Assembly: GCA_963807165.1 (NCBI GenBank)
Contig: CAWDZM010000001.1
Coordinates: 641,471 to 705,470, forward strand
DNA length: 64,000 nt
DNA from: an uncultured bacterium
GTDB lineage: Bacteria > Patescibacteriota > Minisyncoccia > UBA6257 > 2-01-FULL-56-20
Direction of reading: 5' to 3'
Under the pieces are notes generated by a model, which worked only from the letters and a program-made list of their open reading frames with translations, searched no databases and was not told the DNA's origin. The translations under genes were made by a program, and so were the position numbers. Of this stretch, positions 1-9,384 are shown piece by piece. How positions within the stretch are numbered: position 1 is the first letter of the stretch; every line of letters begins with the position of its first letter.

Positions 1-336
1 TATGACTTACAGCAGATGAAGATTGTTTTTGACGAAGATTTCGGTAGTAGGGCCAGCGGAATTGTTGGAAAGTTTTTAGGAAATGATTTTTATTATTCGC
101 AGGAGGCTCTTGGAAATAATGATATTACAATCCGCGACCTTAATTTGTCCTCCATGCAAGATGTTCCAGTGGTTTCTCTTTCCGATATCGTTGGCGGTAT
201 AGCGACGCCTGGATGGGATATTGGAGATGGTTATGTTGTGTACGCACAACGGCAACCTTCGAACACGGCGGATGATTTTGGCGGTGAATTATATTTCCAA
301 AAAGTAACACTCAGCTCTAGTACAAGCCAATCTTAG
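1..336 (+). CDS. hypothetical protein, 5'-truncated by window edge
   Basis: ORF 16..336 frame stays open back to nt 1 (YDLQQM...), so it is probably the C-terminal ~111 aa of a longer protein. No recognisable motif. Confidence 0.35.
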   Translation, partial: YDLQQMKIVFDEDFGSRASGIVGKFLGNDFYYSQEALGNNDITIRDLNLSSMQDVPVVSLSDIVGGIATPGWDIGDGYVVYAQRQPSNTADDFGGELYFQKVTLSSSTSQS

Positions 337-558
337 AGCCGAGGTCCGAGTGCAAGCCGCGACCGAGGTGCTTTAAGAAATTAGGGAAAGACGGTTCTGT
401 GCGGTCTTCCGAGATGTCCGTTGGGCTTGCCAAATACGGCGCTGTTCATATTTCGATTCCTACCCGGGGCACGACCGTTCATAAAATATTCATACAAGTC
501 TCTGTATGATGAGTTGTAAATATTTAAAAAGGTCGGCAGCAAGATAATCAAAACTATC

Positions 559-711
559 ATGCTTATTACCATCGCCGTCATCCTGCTTGTGTTGTGGATC
601 TTGGGGCTTGTGACCAATTACACGATTGGAGGATTTATTTATATCCTTCTCGTGGCAGCAATCATATTATTCCTTGTAAGGATCATCCGCGGAGAAAATC
701 CGGTAAAATAG
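559..711 (+). CDS. small (50 aa) two-helix membrane protein, lmo0937-family-like
   Basis: MLITIAVILLVLWILGLVTNYTIGGFIYILLVAAIILFLVRIIRGENPVK matches the pattern of the small lmo0937-type membrane proteins. It lies below the 60-aa cutoff of the ORF track. The antisense ORF 381..617 is then spurious. Confidence 0.5.
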   Translation: MLITIAVILLVLWILGLVTNYTIGGFIYILLVAAIILFLVRIIRGENPVK

Positions 712-784
712 TGCCGCGAGAGAGAATCGAACTCACTTAACTCGCTCTTCAGGCGAGGGCTTTACCATTAAGCTATCGCGGCAT
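712..784 (-). tRNA. tRNA-Phe (anticodon GAA)
   Basis: The reverse complement gives GCCGCGA / D-arm TAGCTTAATGGTAAAGC / anticodon stem-loop CTCGC-CTGAAGA-GCGAG / T-arm GTTCGATTC / 3' TCGCGGC-A. The cloverleaf is perfect and CCA is not encoded. Confidence 0.85.
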
Positions 785-1441
785 TTTTTGATGCAATAAT
801 GCATCATAGGTAAGAGCGCTTTCTATCTTATCCCGTTTTCTCCTCAAAAACAAGACTTTTGGATTATGATACATAGCGGTAATAATCTTTTTTGAATCAC
901 CCTTAGTATATTCAAGATTGAGAACGCCTGCGCCTTTGTGAACGAATCCATGTACTCCAAAGAAATCTGTATTTCTCTCTTTGAGCCAATAGATAAAATC
1001 TGGGCTTGCTGATGCGAAGGTCAACTTGAAGCCAAAGCTGCTAGGCCATCTTTTATCCCAAAATGTATAGAATGAGCCATCTCCATCAAAGAGACCACGC
1101 AAAAAATCAGAGAAAAACTCTTCGGGGACAGATATGCTTTGGATTGTTTTGGATTTCGCTGACGTAATTCCTATCTCATTGAGAAATTTATAAAATACTT
1201 TATCTCCGAAATTAACGGAATAATATTTTTTTTCGAGCGAACCACCATTACGGGTCTTGTAAACAGTGGTATCAATTTTTAGCGCTTGTTTGAAATGCTC
1301 GACCATATCAAGGTCTTTTGAGACGAAATAAATGTGCCGTCCATCTTTTGATAGGCAACCATCAGAAGCGATCAATCCAATTGCATAAGCGAGATCGCAA
1401 GACCATACTCGGCAAACTTTTTCTTGAAGTGCATAACGCAT
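773..1441 (-). CDS. LAGLIDADG homing endonuclease (two LAGLIDADG motifs, single-chain type)
   Basis: Motifs IGLIASDGCL and LRGLFDGDGSF are spaced about 100 aa apart. The last four codons (KMPR*) overlap the 5' acceptor stem of tRNA-Phe by 12 nt. Confidence 0.8.
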   Translation of the reverse strand: MRYALQEKVCRVWSCDLAYAIGLIASDGCLSKDGRHIYFVSKDLDMVEHFKQALKIDTTVYKTRNGGSLEKKYYSVNFGDKVFYKFLNEIGITSAKSKTIQSISVPEEFFSDFLRGLFDGDGSFYTFWDKRWPSSFGFKLTFASASPDFIYWLKERNTDFFGVHGFVHKGAGVLNLEYTKGDSKKIITAMYHNPKVLFLRRKRDKIESALTYDALLHQKMPR

Positions 1442-1469
1442 GCGACCATCTTAACAGAGCATGATTAAA

Positions 1470-1507
1470 AAAATATTAAAAACCCCATCTATCGGATGGA
1501 GTTTTTA
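1470..1507. terminator. bidirectional rho-independent terminator (hairpin CCATCtatcgGATGG flanked by A/T runs)
   Basis: Hairpin plus T-run, readable on both strands. It is positioned downstream of rpsA (minus) and of the LAGLIDADG/tRNA unit. Confidence 0.5.
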
Positions 1508-1527
1508 AAGTGGTTGTCGTATGAAGA

Positions 1528-2622
1528 TTATTTCTTTGTCTTCAGCGTAATGCGCTTCTCTTCCTGCTTGACGGTGTCGATGACGAATGGATAGCTTTCG
1601 CCGACGGTCAGCGCTTTCTTCATCTCGTCCTGGCCGCCGAATTCGGAGATGTGCACCATGCCCTGGAGGTCACCATCGAGCGCAACGACCGCGCCGAACG
1701 GATTAAACTTATATACCTTGCCCTGCACGGTCGCGCCGGGCGTAAAGAGGCTACCGACTTTGACCCACGGATCTTCTTTGAGCGCCTTGAGCGAAAGGAA
1801 GACGCGGCCTTCTTTGATGTCAATGATCTTTGCCTTGAGCGGATCGTTCACCTTAACGAGCTCCTTCGGGTTGTCGATCAACTTGTAATCGAGCTCGGAG
1901 ATGTGGATCATGCCCTCGATCTGCGGGTTGTCGGTAAAGCGTACGAACACGCCGAAGTCTGCGGTGCCGGATACCATACAATCGACGACCTGGCCTATCG
2001 TGTAGGCATTGAGTAATTCCTTCACGTTTGCGGAAAGCACTTCGCGCTCGGAGACAATCACTTTATTCGTGCGCGAGTTGACGTCGATGATCTTGACATT
2101 CAATTCCTGGCCGACGAATTTTTTGAGCTCCTCGCCGATCTTGATGCGATCACCATCCGGAACCTTTGGATAATGTTCGAGCGAGAGCTGGGATACCGGG
2201 AGGAACGCTTTCAGATCTTCTGCGACGATGGTCATAAGCCCGCCCGCATTTGCGCCGACGATCTTTGCCTTGATGACTTCTCCTGATTCGGAAAGTTCCT
2301 TGGCGAGCTGCCAGAGCTTCTGCTTGCCGGCTTCGGAGAGCGAAAGTTCGATACAGCCATCTTCGCCATCGAGCGCAACAATCTTTGCTTGGAGGGAATC
2401 GCCGGGCTTGAGGGTGCGGAGCGCTTCGCGCGCGTTCGCGATCTCGGCGCCGAACACGATGCCGGTGCCAAAGCGGCCCATGTCAAAAAAAGCTTTGCGT
2501 GGAAGCCGCTTGATGAGCGTGGCCTCTACGACACTGCCTTCCTTCGGCCAATCGGTGGTGGATATCTCGGTTTTCAGCGCTTGCGCGACTGCGGTCGCTT
2601 TTGGTTCTTCGGTTTGTGGCAT
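1528..2622 (-). CDS. rpsA: 30S ribosomal protein S1, short 4-domain form
   Basis: Four S1 domains (GxV-motif-containing repeats). The track ORF extends to 2742, but the extra 40 aa are translated from the GC-rich palindromic element. The Met at 2622 sits 7 nt downstream of a TATAAT box. Confidence 0.85.
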   Translation of the reverse strand: MPQTEEPKATAVAQALKTEISTTDWPKEGSVVEATLIKRLPRKAFFDMGRFGTGIVFGAEIANAREALRTLKPGDSLQAKIVALDGEDGCIELSLSEAGKQKLWQLAKELSESGEVIKAKIVGANAGGLMTIVAEDLKAFLPVSQLSLEHYPKVPDGDRIKIGEELKKFVGQELNVKIIDVNSRTNKVIVSEREVLSANVKELLNAYTIGQVVDCMVSGTADFGVFVRFTDNPQIEGMIHISELDYKLIDNPKELVKVNDPLKAKIIDIKEGRVFLSLKALKEDPWVKVGSLFTPGATVQGKVYKFNPFGAVVALDGDLQGMVHISEFGGQDEMKKALTVGESYPFVIDTVKQEEKRITLKTKK

Positions 2623-2642
2623 GAGGATGATTATATCAGCGT

Positions 2643-2779
2643 TTCCCGCTTTTGCAAGTCCTGTGCGTGCTTTTGAAAGGACGGCGTTCCGTTCTGCTGA
2701 ACGGCCGCCTTGGCTCTCAGCGCCTTCGCGCTTCCGAGACACCTTTCAAAAGCACGCACAGGACTTGCAAAAGCGGGAA
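2643..2779. repeat. palindromic structured element, copy A (38-bp perfect inverted arms, 61-nt core)
   Basis: Arms 2643-2680 and 2742-2779 are perfectly complementary. The core contains two hairpins (GGCG..CCGTTCtgctGAACGG..CGCC and TCTC-AGCGCcttcGCGCT-GAGA). It is related to copy B at 23254-23378. Confidence 0.7.
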
Positions 2780-2805
2780 CCTCCTTCATTTTGTGGATAT
2801 AAAAA

Positions 2806-2840
2806 TGACCCCCGAAAATCAGGGGTCACGCTTTGTTGAT
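2806..2840. terminator. hairpin TGACCCCcgaaaatcaGGGGTCA with flanking T/A runs (bidirectional terminator)
   Basis: GC-rich stem plus U-run on both strands. It follows the small minus-strand ORF 2943-3101. Confidence 0.5.
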
Positions 2841-2942
2841 GCCGAATTTTCAGCAATTCATTACTATCATTTGAAGAGGAATTTCTCCCTTTGGAAGATC
2901 GGCAAGCCAATCGATCTCATAGAATGCATATTCTTTGCAGTT

Positions 2943-3101
2943 TCAATTCCGTGTCCCGTTTCTAGTGAGGCGATAGACGCCGTGCTTGAGATTTCCGCTT
3001 CCGAGATTGAGCCTATCTCCGGTAATCGGCAACTCTGGAAGCTCTATTATGAGGTGATAAATTCCTCTTCCGGTTTTTGATCCGGTAAGAATAGTTTCCA
3101 T
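2943..3101 (-). CDS. small hypothetical protein (52 aa) with strong Shine-Dalgarno
   Basis: METILTGSKTGRGIYHLIIELPELPITGDRLNLGSGNLKHGVYRLTRNGTRN. GAAAGGAG sits 6 nt upstream of the ATG and a terminator lies ~100 nt downstream. Not in the ORF track (<60 aa). Confidence 0.45.
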   Translation of the reverse strand: METILTGSKTGRGIYHLIIELPELPITGDRLNLGSGNLKHGVYRLTRNGTRN

Positions 3102-3147
3102 GTCGCGCTCCTTTCTGCTCTGATTGTTATATAAAGTTTAGAGTAAT

Positions 3148-3822
3148 TTGGCAATATATGGGGTTCAGGTATTGTTGGATACCCCACCATTTTTCTACTG
3201 GAATTTTCTCTCAAACTTTGCTAAAATATATCCATATATGGTTATCAATTACTTTGGAAATGGCTGTTTTCGATTGCAGAGCGGGGAGACGTCGGTGCTC
3301 GTAAACCCGGAGAACAATCGCTTGAAAGCGGATGTGACGTTAAAGACTCTGACGGCCACGGCGGTGGATGCGGCAGCAGTCGGCGATGAACGGGTAGACG
3401 AAGTGGTCATCTCGTTCGCGGGCGAGTACGAAGAAAAAGAGATCGAGATATTGGGATTTCCGGTGCCGGAAGAATCGACGGATAAGTTTTTGAAGACGAC
3501 GTACGCGGTATTGTGGGAGGGAATGAAGTTTGTATTCCTCGGACATCTTTCTAAACCGATGGATGCGACGCTGATGGAAGAATTTTCGGAACCGGATGTG
3601 TTGATCTTGCCGGTGGGTGGCGGACACTTTCTTGAGCCGGAAGTTGCGGCGAAGATCGCAAAACAGCTGGAAGCGCGAATCGTGATCCCGAGCTTCTATA
3701 AAGATCCTGCGGAATTTTTGAAGGCGTTCGGCAAAAAAGCGGAGGACGTGGATAAATTTGTCTTCAAGCAAAAAGACATTCTTGCGGACAAGGGTCGCGT
3801 AGTAATCCTCAAAGCAAACTAA
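3148..3822 (+). CDS. MBL-fold (UPF0173-like) protein, canonical HxHxDH motif not evident
   Basis: The N-terminal MVINYFGNGCFRL..VLVNP and C-terminal VLILPVGGGHF..EARIVIPSFY resemble the short metal-dependent hydrolase family. The likely start is the Met at 3238. Confidence 0.5.
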   Translation: MAIYGVQVLLDTPPFFYWNFLSNFAKIYPYMVINYFGNGCFRLQSGETSVLVNPENNRLKADVTLKTLTATAVDAAAVGDERVDEVVISFAGEYEEKEIEILGFPVPEESTDKFLKTTYAVLWEGMKFVFLGHLSKPMDATLMEEFSEPDVLILPVGGGHFLEPEVAAKIAKQLEARIVIPSFYKDPAEFLKAFGKKAEDVDKFVFKQKDILADKGRVVILKAN

Positions 3823-4145
3823 TGCTCGAAGAACTCCAGTCGTTGAGCGAAGATAAAAAGAAACAAGTGCTTATCGTCGCCACTATCATCATTATGGTCA
3901 TCATCATTGGAGCATGGGCAGTCTATTTCAACGGTGTTATTATGGGAGCATCGCAGCTGGCGGCGGATCAAGCAACATCGACCGTGGCGGCAACCACGCC
4001 GACCACGACCCCGATCGCCATCACTACTCCAGCGCCTGCGGTAAGCGGTCCGAGTATGTGGCAAGATATAGAAGGCTGGTTCGGATCAATCGCAAATATT
4101 TTCAAAACGCCGTCGCAGTACACCATTCAACCACAGAGTAATTAA
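3822..4145 (+). CDS. small membrane protein with Thr/Pro-rich tail
   Basis: The ATGA overlap with the upstream gene, a single TM helix, and low-complexity TTPTTTP segment. Confidence 0.4.
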   Translation: MLEELQSLSEDKKKQVLIVATIIIMVIIIGAWAVYFNGVIMGASQLAADQATSTVAATTPTTTPIAITTPAPAVSGPSMWQDIEGWFGSIANIFKTPSQYTIQPQSN

Positions 4146-4162
4146 TAGAGAATACTTTTACT

Positions 4163-6601
4163 ATGCCAGACATGGAACCACAGGAAATAACCAAAGAGCT
4201 CGGCGATTCGTATCTTAGCTATGCGATGTCAGTGATCGTCGCGCGCGCATTGCCGGACGTCCGCGATGGTATGAAGCCGGTGCACCGCCGCGTTTTGTGG
4301 GCGATGTGGGATATGGGCGTTCTCTCCACTGCCAAGTTCCGCAAGTCCGCATACGTCGTCGGCGAAACGATGGCAAAATACCATCCGCATGGCGACTCCT
4401 CTATATATGACACGATGGTGCGCATGGCACAGGATTTTTCTCTGCGCTATCCGCTCGTGCGCGGGCAGGGGAACTTCGGTTCGGTGGACGGTGATCCGCC
4501 GGCCGCCATGCGTTATACGGAGGCCAAGCTCGCCGCGATCGCCAACGAGATGCTTTCGGATATTGAGAAGGATACGGTTGATTGGATCCCAAACTATGAC
4601 GGCACGCGTAACGAGCCGACGGTGTTCCCGGCGCGGTTGCCAAATCTTCTTTTGAACGGCGCGCTCGGCATCGCGGTCGGCATGGCCACGAGCATCCCGC
4701 CGCATAACCTGAACGAGGTTGCTGACGCCATTTTATATTTAGCCGATCACGACGACGCAACGAGCGAGGACCTTTTGCAATTCATCAAAGGCCCGGACTT
4801 TCCGACGGGCGGCATTATCTATGACAACAAGGCGATCAAGGAGGCGTACGTTTCCGGGCGTGGCGGCGTCATCACGCGTGCCAAGACGGACATCGTGGAG
4901 AAAAAGAACAGCCGACAATTCGACATCGTCATTACGGAGATTCCGTATCAGGTCAACAAGTCCGAGCTTATCAAGACGATCGCGGAACTTGCGCAGGATA
5001 AGAAGATCGAGGGCATTCGTGATCTGCGCGATGAGTCCGACCGCGAGGGTATGCGCATCGTGATCGAATTGAAGAACGACGTTGCGCCGCAAAAGGTCTT
5101 GAACTGGCTCTTTAAGCACACTGACCTCGAAAAGAATTTCAACTTTAATATGATTGCGCTCGTGAACGGTATCGAGCCGCGTTTGCTGGATTTAAAAGAC
5201 ATCCTCGCCGAATACATCGCGCATCGCAAGGTGATTGTCACGCGCCGCACAAAGTTTGATCTCCGCAAGGCGGAGGAGCGTGCGCATATTTTGGAAGGGC
5301 TCGCCATCGCGCTCGACGCGATCGACAAGGTCATCGCGACCATCCGTAAGTCGGAAGACAAAGAAGTCGCCCACGTGAACTTGATGAAGAACTTCAAATT
5401 GAGCGCCCTGCAGGCGACTGCTATTTTGGAAATGCGATTGCAGACACTTGCGGCACTTGAGAGGATAAAGATCGAGACAGAGCTGAAGGAAAAGCATGCA
5501 CTCATCGAAGAGCTTAAGTTGATATTAAAGAGTACGACGCGTATTTTAAAGATCATTAAAGATGAAGTGATGGAGTTGAAGAATAAATATGGCGACGAAC
5601 GGCGCACGAAGGTCGTTGGCCGCGCAGTGGAATCCGTGAGCGATGAGGATCTCATCCCGGAAGAAGAAGCGATTGTGACGGTGAGTGGTGGCGGTTACAT
5701 CAAGCGCTTGCCGCCGGGCACGTTCAAGACTCAGAAGCGTGGCGGAAAAGGATTGATCGGTTCCGAGGTTGCCGATGAGGATTTCCTCTCGCACTTCTTT
5801 AGCGCCAACACACACGATAATGTGCTGTTCTTTACCGATCGCGGCCGCGTTTTCCAGACGAAGGTCTACGAGATCCCGCAGGCGACACGCACTTCTAAAG
5901 GCCGCGCTATTCAGAACTTCCTCGAGCTGCCGTCCGAAGAGAACGTGAGCGCTATCGTTAGCTATTCGGCAAAGGGCGCGAAGGCTGAGGGCAAGACCGG
6001 CAAAAAATATTTAATGATGGTCACAAAGCAAGGCGTCATTAAAAAGACACCGCTCGAAGATTTTGAAAACATTCGCCGCAATGGCATCATCGCGCTCTCG
6101 CTCAAGAAGGGCGATCAGCTCAAGTGGGCGCGCCTGACGAGCGGTACGGAGCAGGCGGTGCTCGCCACGCGGCAGGGCCAGTCCATTCGCTTTGATGAGA
6201 AGCAGGTGCGTCCGATGGGTCGCACGGCGGCGGGCGTTCGCGCGATCAAATTAAAAAAACAGAACGATGAAGTGGCCGGCTTTGATATAATAAGAGGAGA
6301 TGATGCGATGTTGCTGATCGTGATGGAGCACGGCTTCGCAAAGCAGACATCGCTCAAGGAATACAAAGTGCAGAGCCGCGGCGGATCGGGCATCAAGACG
6401 GCGGAGGTAACGCCGAAGACAGGAATGGTGGTGTCGGCGCATGTCGTCATGGAGGAAACAGAGATCTTCGCGCTGTCGGCAAAAGGACAGATGATCCGCA
6501 CGGAACTTTCTACGGTGCGCAAGACGGGCCGTTCGGCGCAAGGCGTGCACATCATGGATCTCAAGAACGGTGATCGAGTTGCGGGAACGGTAGTTATCTA
6601 A
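4163..6601 (+). CDS. gyrA: DNA gyrase subunit A
   Basis: [10 protein letters not shown] active-site region, the GyrA-box QRRGGKG, and C-terminal beta-pinwheel repeats. Confidence 0.95.
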   Translation: MPDMEPQEITKELGDSYLSYAMSVIVARALPDVRDGMKPVHRRVLWAMWDMGVLSTAKFRKSAYVVGETMAKYHPHGDSSIYDTMVRMAQDFSLRYPLVRGQGNFGSVDGDPPAAMRYTEAKLAAIANEMLSDIEKDTVDWIPNYDGTRNEPTVFPARLPNLLLNGALGIAVGMATSIPPHNLNEVADAILYLADHDDATSEDLLQFIKGPDFPTGGIIYDNKAIKEAYVSGRGGVITRAKTDIVEKKNSRQFDIVITEIPYQVNKSELIKTIAELAQDKKIEGIRDLRDESDREGMRIVIELKNDVAPQKVLNWLFKHTDLEKNFNFNMIALVNGIEPRLLDLKDILAEYIAHRKVIVTRRTKFDLRKAEERAHILEGLAIALDAIDKVIATIRKSEDKEVAHVNLMKNFKLSALQATAILEMRLQTLAALERIKIETELKEKHALIEELKLILKSTTRILKIIKDEVMELKNKYGDERRTKVVGRAVESVSDEDLIPEEEAIVTVSGGGYIKRLPPGTFKTQKRGGKGLIGSEVADEDFLSHFFSANTHDNVLFFTDRGRVFQTKVYEIPQATRTSKGRAIQNFLELPSEENVSAIVSYSAKGAKAEGKTGKKYLMMVTKQGVIKKTPLEDFENIRRNGIIALSLKKGDQLKWARLTSGTEQAVLATRQGQSIRFDEKQVRPMGRTAAGVRAIKLKKQNDEVAGFDIIRGDDAMLLIVMEHGFAKQTSLKEYKVQSRGGSGIKTAEVTPKTGMVVSAHVVMEETEIFALSAKGQMIRTELSTVRKTGRSAQGVHIMDLKNGDRVAGTVVI

Positions 6602-7993
6602 ATGCCAAAGAACCTTTCTCAAAAGCAGATTATTATCATTGCCGGAGCGGTGGTTTTGGTGCTCATCGGCGCTGTGGTGTTCTTTTTAAACATCCGCTCG
6701 AAGAGCGCGTCACAACAGACGCTCAATCTCACCATCTGGGGAACGGACGACAGCAAGGCATTCAACGATGTGATCCAAGCGTACGCCGGGCCTGGATCGG
6801 GAACGCAGTCGCAGATCAAGTATGTGCAAATCGCACCGGCGCAGTATCAGAGCAAACTGCTCGCGGCGCTTGCCGCCGGCACCGGCCCGGACGTCTTTGA
6901 GATTCCTAACCGTGATCTGGCGCAGTGGCAAAGTGTCGCCGCACCGATTCCTGCCACGCTCACGCCGACGTTCAGCACCGTGACGTTGCAAAATGATTTC
7001 CCGGATGTCGTTTCGCAAGACTTTGTTTCCAGCGCCGGCGCCGTCGGTGGCGGAAATATTTACGCATTGCCGCTTTCGATCGACACGCTCGCGATGATCT
7101 ATAACAAAGATCTTTTTAATACTGCCGGCATCGCGACGGTGCCCTCGACGTGGGAAGGATTGCAGACAGACCTGCCAAAGCTTCGCGTTACGAACGCGCA
7201 GGGTCAGATCACGCAGGCCGCATTCGCGCTCGGCGGTTCGGAGGCGAGCATCGCGGACGCGCCGGATATCGTTTTCCTTTTGATGATGCAGAACGGCGCG
7301 CAGATGAACTCCGCCGACGGCTCGAGCGTGACGTTCGCGACGGGCGGCGATAATGGCGGAGCGAGCGGCACAGGCACGAACGGCGGCATCGGCTCTGCGG
7401 GTGCGGGCAGCATGGACACCGCCGGCCTCAATGCGTTCAACTATTATTTGCAGTTCGCGAACGCGACCGACCAGAACTATACGTGGAATGACGGCATGGG
7501 TGATGCGCTCGCCAACTTTACGCAAGGCAAAGTCGCCGCCATCTTTGATTACTCATCCGCGCTCGCATCCATCAAGGCTGCAGCCCCGTTCCTCAACTAT
7601 GGCGTGGCGCCGATGCCACAGCCTGCGAACGCGATGGTGGCGGTCAACTACGCAAAATACAACGGACTGGCGGTTTCGCGGAACAGCACGCAGATCGCAG
7701 GCGCATGGAACTTCATCGTCAATTTGACGACGTCCGTCGCGGATGAGAATATATATACGAAGGACACGGGCGCCGCGCCGGCTCTGCGGTCGGCGATCGC
7801 GGCGGACGAGACGGATCCCGCGCTTTCGGTCTTCGCCACGCAGGCGCTCACCGCGCGTTCATGGCACGAATCAAACAGCGAGCAGATCGACGGCATCATG
7901 AACACCGCCATCCAAAATGTCCTGAACGGCGCGGCCGATTCCACCACCGCCCTCACCCAGGCGCAGACCGCAATGAATGCGATCGGGGATTGA
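6602..7993 (+). CDS. extracellular solute-binding protein (ABC-transporter SBP family-1-like), membrane-anchored
   Basis: N-terminal TM anchor, then LTIWGTDD..GTGPDVFEIPN.., which is typical of family-1 SBPs. No permease or ATPase partner lies adjacent. Confidence 0.5.
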   Translation: MPKNLSQKQIIIIAGAVVLVLIGAVVFFLNIRSKSASQQTLNLTIWGTDDSKAFNDVIQAYAGPGSGTQSQIKYVQIAPAQYQSKLLAALAAGTGPDVFEIPNRDLAQWQSVAAPIPATLTPTFSTVTLQNDFPDVVSQDFVSSAGAVGGGNIYALPLSIDTLAMIYNKDLFNTAGIATVPSTWEGLQTDLPKLRVTNAQGQITQAAFALGGSEASIADAPDIVFLLMMQNGAQMNSADGSSVTFATGGDNGGASGTGTNGGIGSAGAGSMDTAGLNAFNYYLQFANATDQNYTWNDGMGDALANFTQGKVAAIFDYSSALASIKAAAPFLNYGVAPMPQPANAMVAVNYAKYNGLAVSRNSTQIAGAWNFIVNLTTSVADENIYTKDTGAAPALRSAIAADETDPALSVFATQALTARSWHESNSEQIDGIMNTAIQNVLNGAADSTTALTQAQTAMNAIGD

Positions 7994-8021
7994 GCGGAGC
8001 GGTAAATTAATATCACATTAA

Positions 8022-8501
8022 ATGTTTCTAAAAAAGAACGCCGCGGCAATAGCACTCCTTCTCATCATCGGCTCGTCCGTGGTGTTCCCGCTCGTTGCGT
8101 CGGCATATACGACGCCGAATATTTGGGGGAATCCACCTGGATTCTGGGGTCCACTCGTCTCTTGTACCGGCAATTACCTGACGGGAGCTGGGGCAACTTC
8201 TGGCGCGACCCCTTGTACCAGTCTTTGTGATCTTATCAATACATTTATCAACCTTATCTATTTTGCAATATCGATTGCCCTCTTTATTATCGCGCCGGTA
8301 GCGTTTTTATGCGGCGGCGTGATGATTATGATCGCTGGCGCAAACCCCGGGATGTTGGAATCCGGCAAAAAGGTGCTTACCGGGGTAGTTGTTGGCATCC
8401 TCATTGTTCTATGCTCTTATCTTCTTGTCGCAACCGCCCTTAATGTATTAGGTATCACTCGCGTCGGGGGTTTTGGTGGTGCGACATGCACATCGCATTA
8501 A
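8022..8501 (+). CDS. VirB2/TrbC-like 'T4SS pilin' family protein (paralog 1)
   Basis: Signal peptide plus two TM helices, with the conserved C..I..F and AG.P....K pattern shared with the paralogs at 10238, 10676 and 11128. Confidence 0.6.
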   Translation: MFLKKNAAAIALLLIIGSSVVFPLVASAYTTPNIWGNPPGFWGPLVSCTGNYLTGAGATSGATPCTSLCDLINTFINLIYFAISIALFIIAPVAFLCGGVMIMIAGANPGMLESGKKVLTGVVVGILIVLCSYLLVATALNVLGITRVGGFGGATCTSH

Positions 8502-8504
8502 AAC

Positions 8505-9380
8505 GTGATGAAAAAGATTTCATATTTTTTATTCTCCGCCATAGCTGCTCTCTTTTTATTAATCGCGCCGCTCGTCGCATTCGCACAGACTCAAATAATA
8601 ATTAGTACCAGCGTGCCTGGGACATATGGACCCACCACAGGTGCGGGAGGTCCAGGCTCATTCATCGCAAATTTTTACCAATTCGCATTAATGATCGGTG
8701 GGGTACTTGCCTTTGGAGTTATTGTGTATGGAGGAATACGATATATGGCATCTGCGGGAAATCCTTCCGGGCAAAGCGACGCGAAAGAATGGATTGAGGC
8801 AGCACTGTTGGGGTTGTTATTACTGGTGGGCGTCTACTTTATTCTCAGCGTCATTAATCCACAACTACTCAATCTTAATTTGCCATCGCTTACTCCGATC
8901 AGTATATCGAATATCACGCCAGTGGGTGGAGGAGGGACTAATAGCGGCGGCGGAGGAACCGGAGGTTTCTCATTGGGTGGCAGCGGATTACCTTCTAATA
9001 TTGCGGCCGCTGCGGCTGCAGCCCAAGCTAATAGCATGAGTTCAGCGAACGGGCCGGGCGGCGGCACCGTCGCATGCGCTTGGGCGGTGAATCAAGTTCT
9101 TTCTAGTACGGGTATTGCCCCGATCGACACCAATAACGTTCAGAGCATGGAAAATGCTTTGACGTCAGGCCGGGGGACGCTGGTTGACCCGTCGCAGGCG
9201 GTGGCTGGTGATATTGTTATTCAAGCGCAGGACGGTCATGTCGGCATTTGCATGAATAACGGCTGCACTCAAGTCATATCGAATTCATCATCACATGCGA
9301 CGTTCACCTGGGTAAGTAATACAAGTTTTTCTCCATCGTATAGCGGTGGTCCTGGTCGTATTTATCAAGTTAATAAATAA
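8505..9380 (+). CDS. T4SS-pilin-like N-terminal domain fused to a CHAP/NlpC-P60-like cysteine peptidase domain
   Basis: The N-terminus FALMIGGVLAFGVIVYGGIRYMASAGNPSGQSDAKEW matches the pilin paralogs. The C-terminus has CAWAVNQVL ... GDIVIQAQDGHVGIC (Cys/His CHAP signature), joined by a Gly-rich linker. Confidence 0.6.
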   Translation: MMKKISYFLFSAIAALFLLIAPLVAFAQTQIIISTSVPGTYGPTTGAGGPGSFIANFYQFALMIGGVLAFGVIVYGGIRYMASAGNPSGQSDAKEWIEAALLGLLLLVGVYFILSVINPQLLNLNLPSLTPISISNITPVGGGGTNSGGGGTGGFSLGGSGLPSNIAAAAAAAQANSMSSANGPGGGTVACAWAVNQVLSSTGIAPIDTNNVQSMENALTSGRGTLVDPSQAVAGDIVIQAQDGHVGICMNNGCTQVISNSSSHATFTWVSNTSFSPSYSGGPGRIYQVNK

Positions 9381-9384
9381 TAAT

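Noticed and set aside
381-617. Minus-strand 78-aa ORF from the track
   Set aside because: It overlaps a better-supported plus-strand 50-aa lmo0937-type membrane protein gene (559-711). Its composition looks like an antisense translation.
1620-2486. Several ORFs antisense to, or out of frame within, rpsA (1620..1823, 1649..1888, 1651..2016, 2228..2839, 2232..2486, 2389..2676)
   Set aside because: They are embedded in a well-supported S1-domain gene and have no independent signals.
2652-3080. Plus-strand 142-aa ORF, and the 40-aa N-terminal extension of the rpsA ORF up to 2742
   Set aside because: Both are translations of the GC-rich palindromic element. The same artefact appears at copy B (ORFs 22933..23415 and 23064..23537). 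rpsA more plausibly starts at 2622, next to a TATAAT box.
4219-6622. Multiple ORFs overlapping gyrA on either strand
   Set aside because: gyrA is unambiguous. The overlapping frames are typical shadow ORFs of a GC-rich gene.
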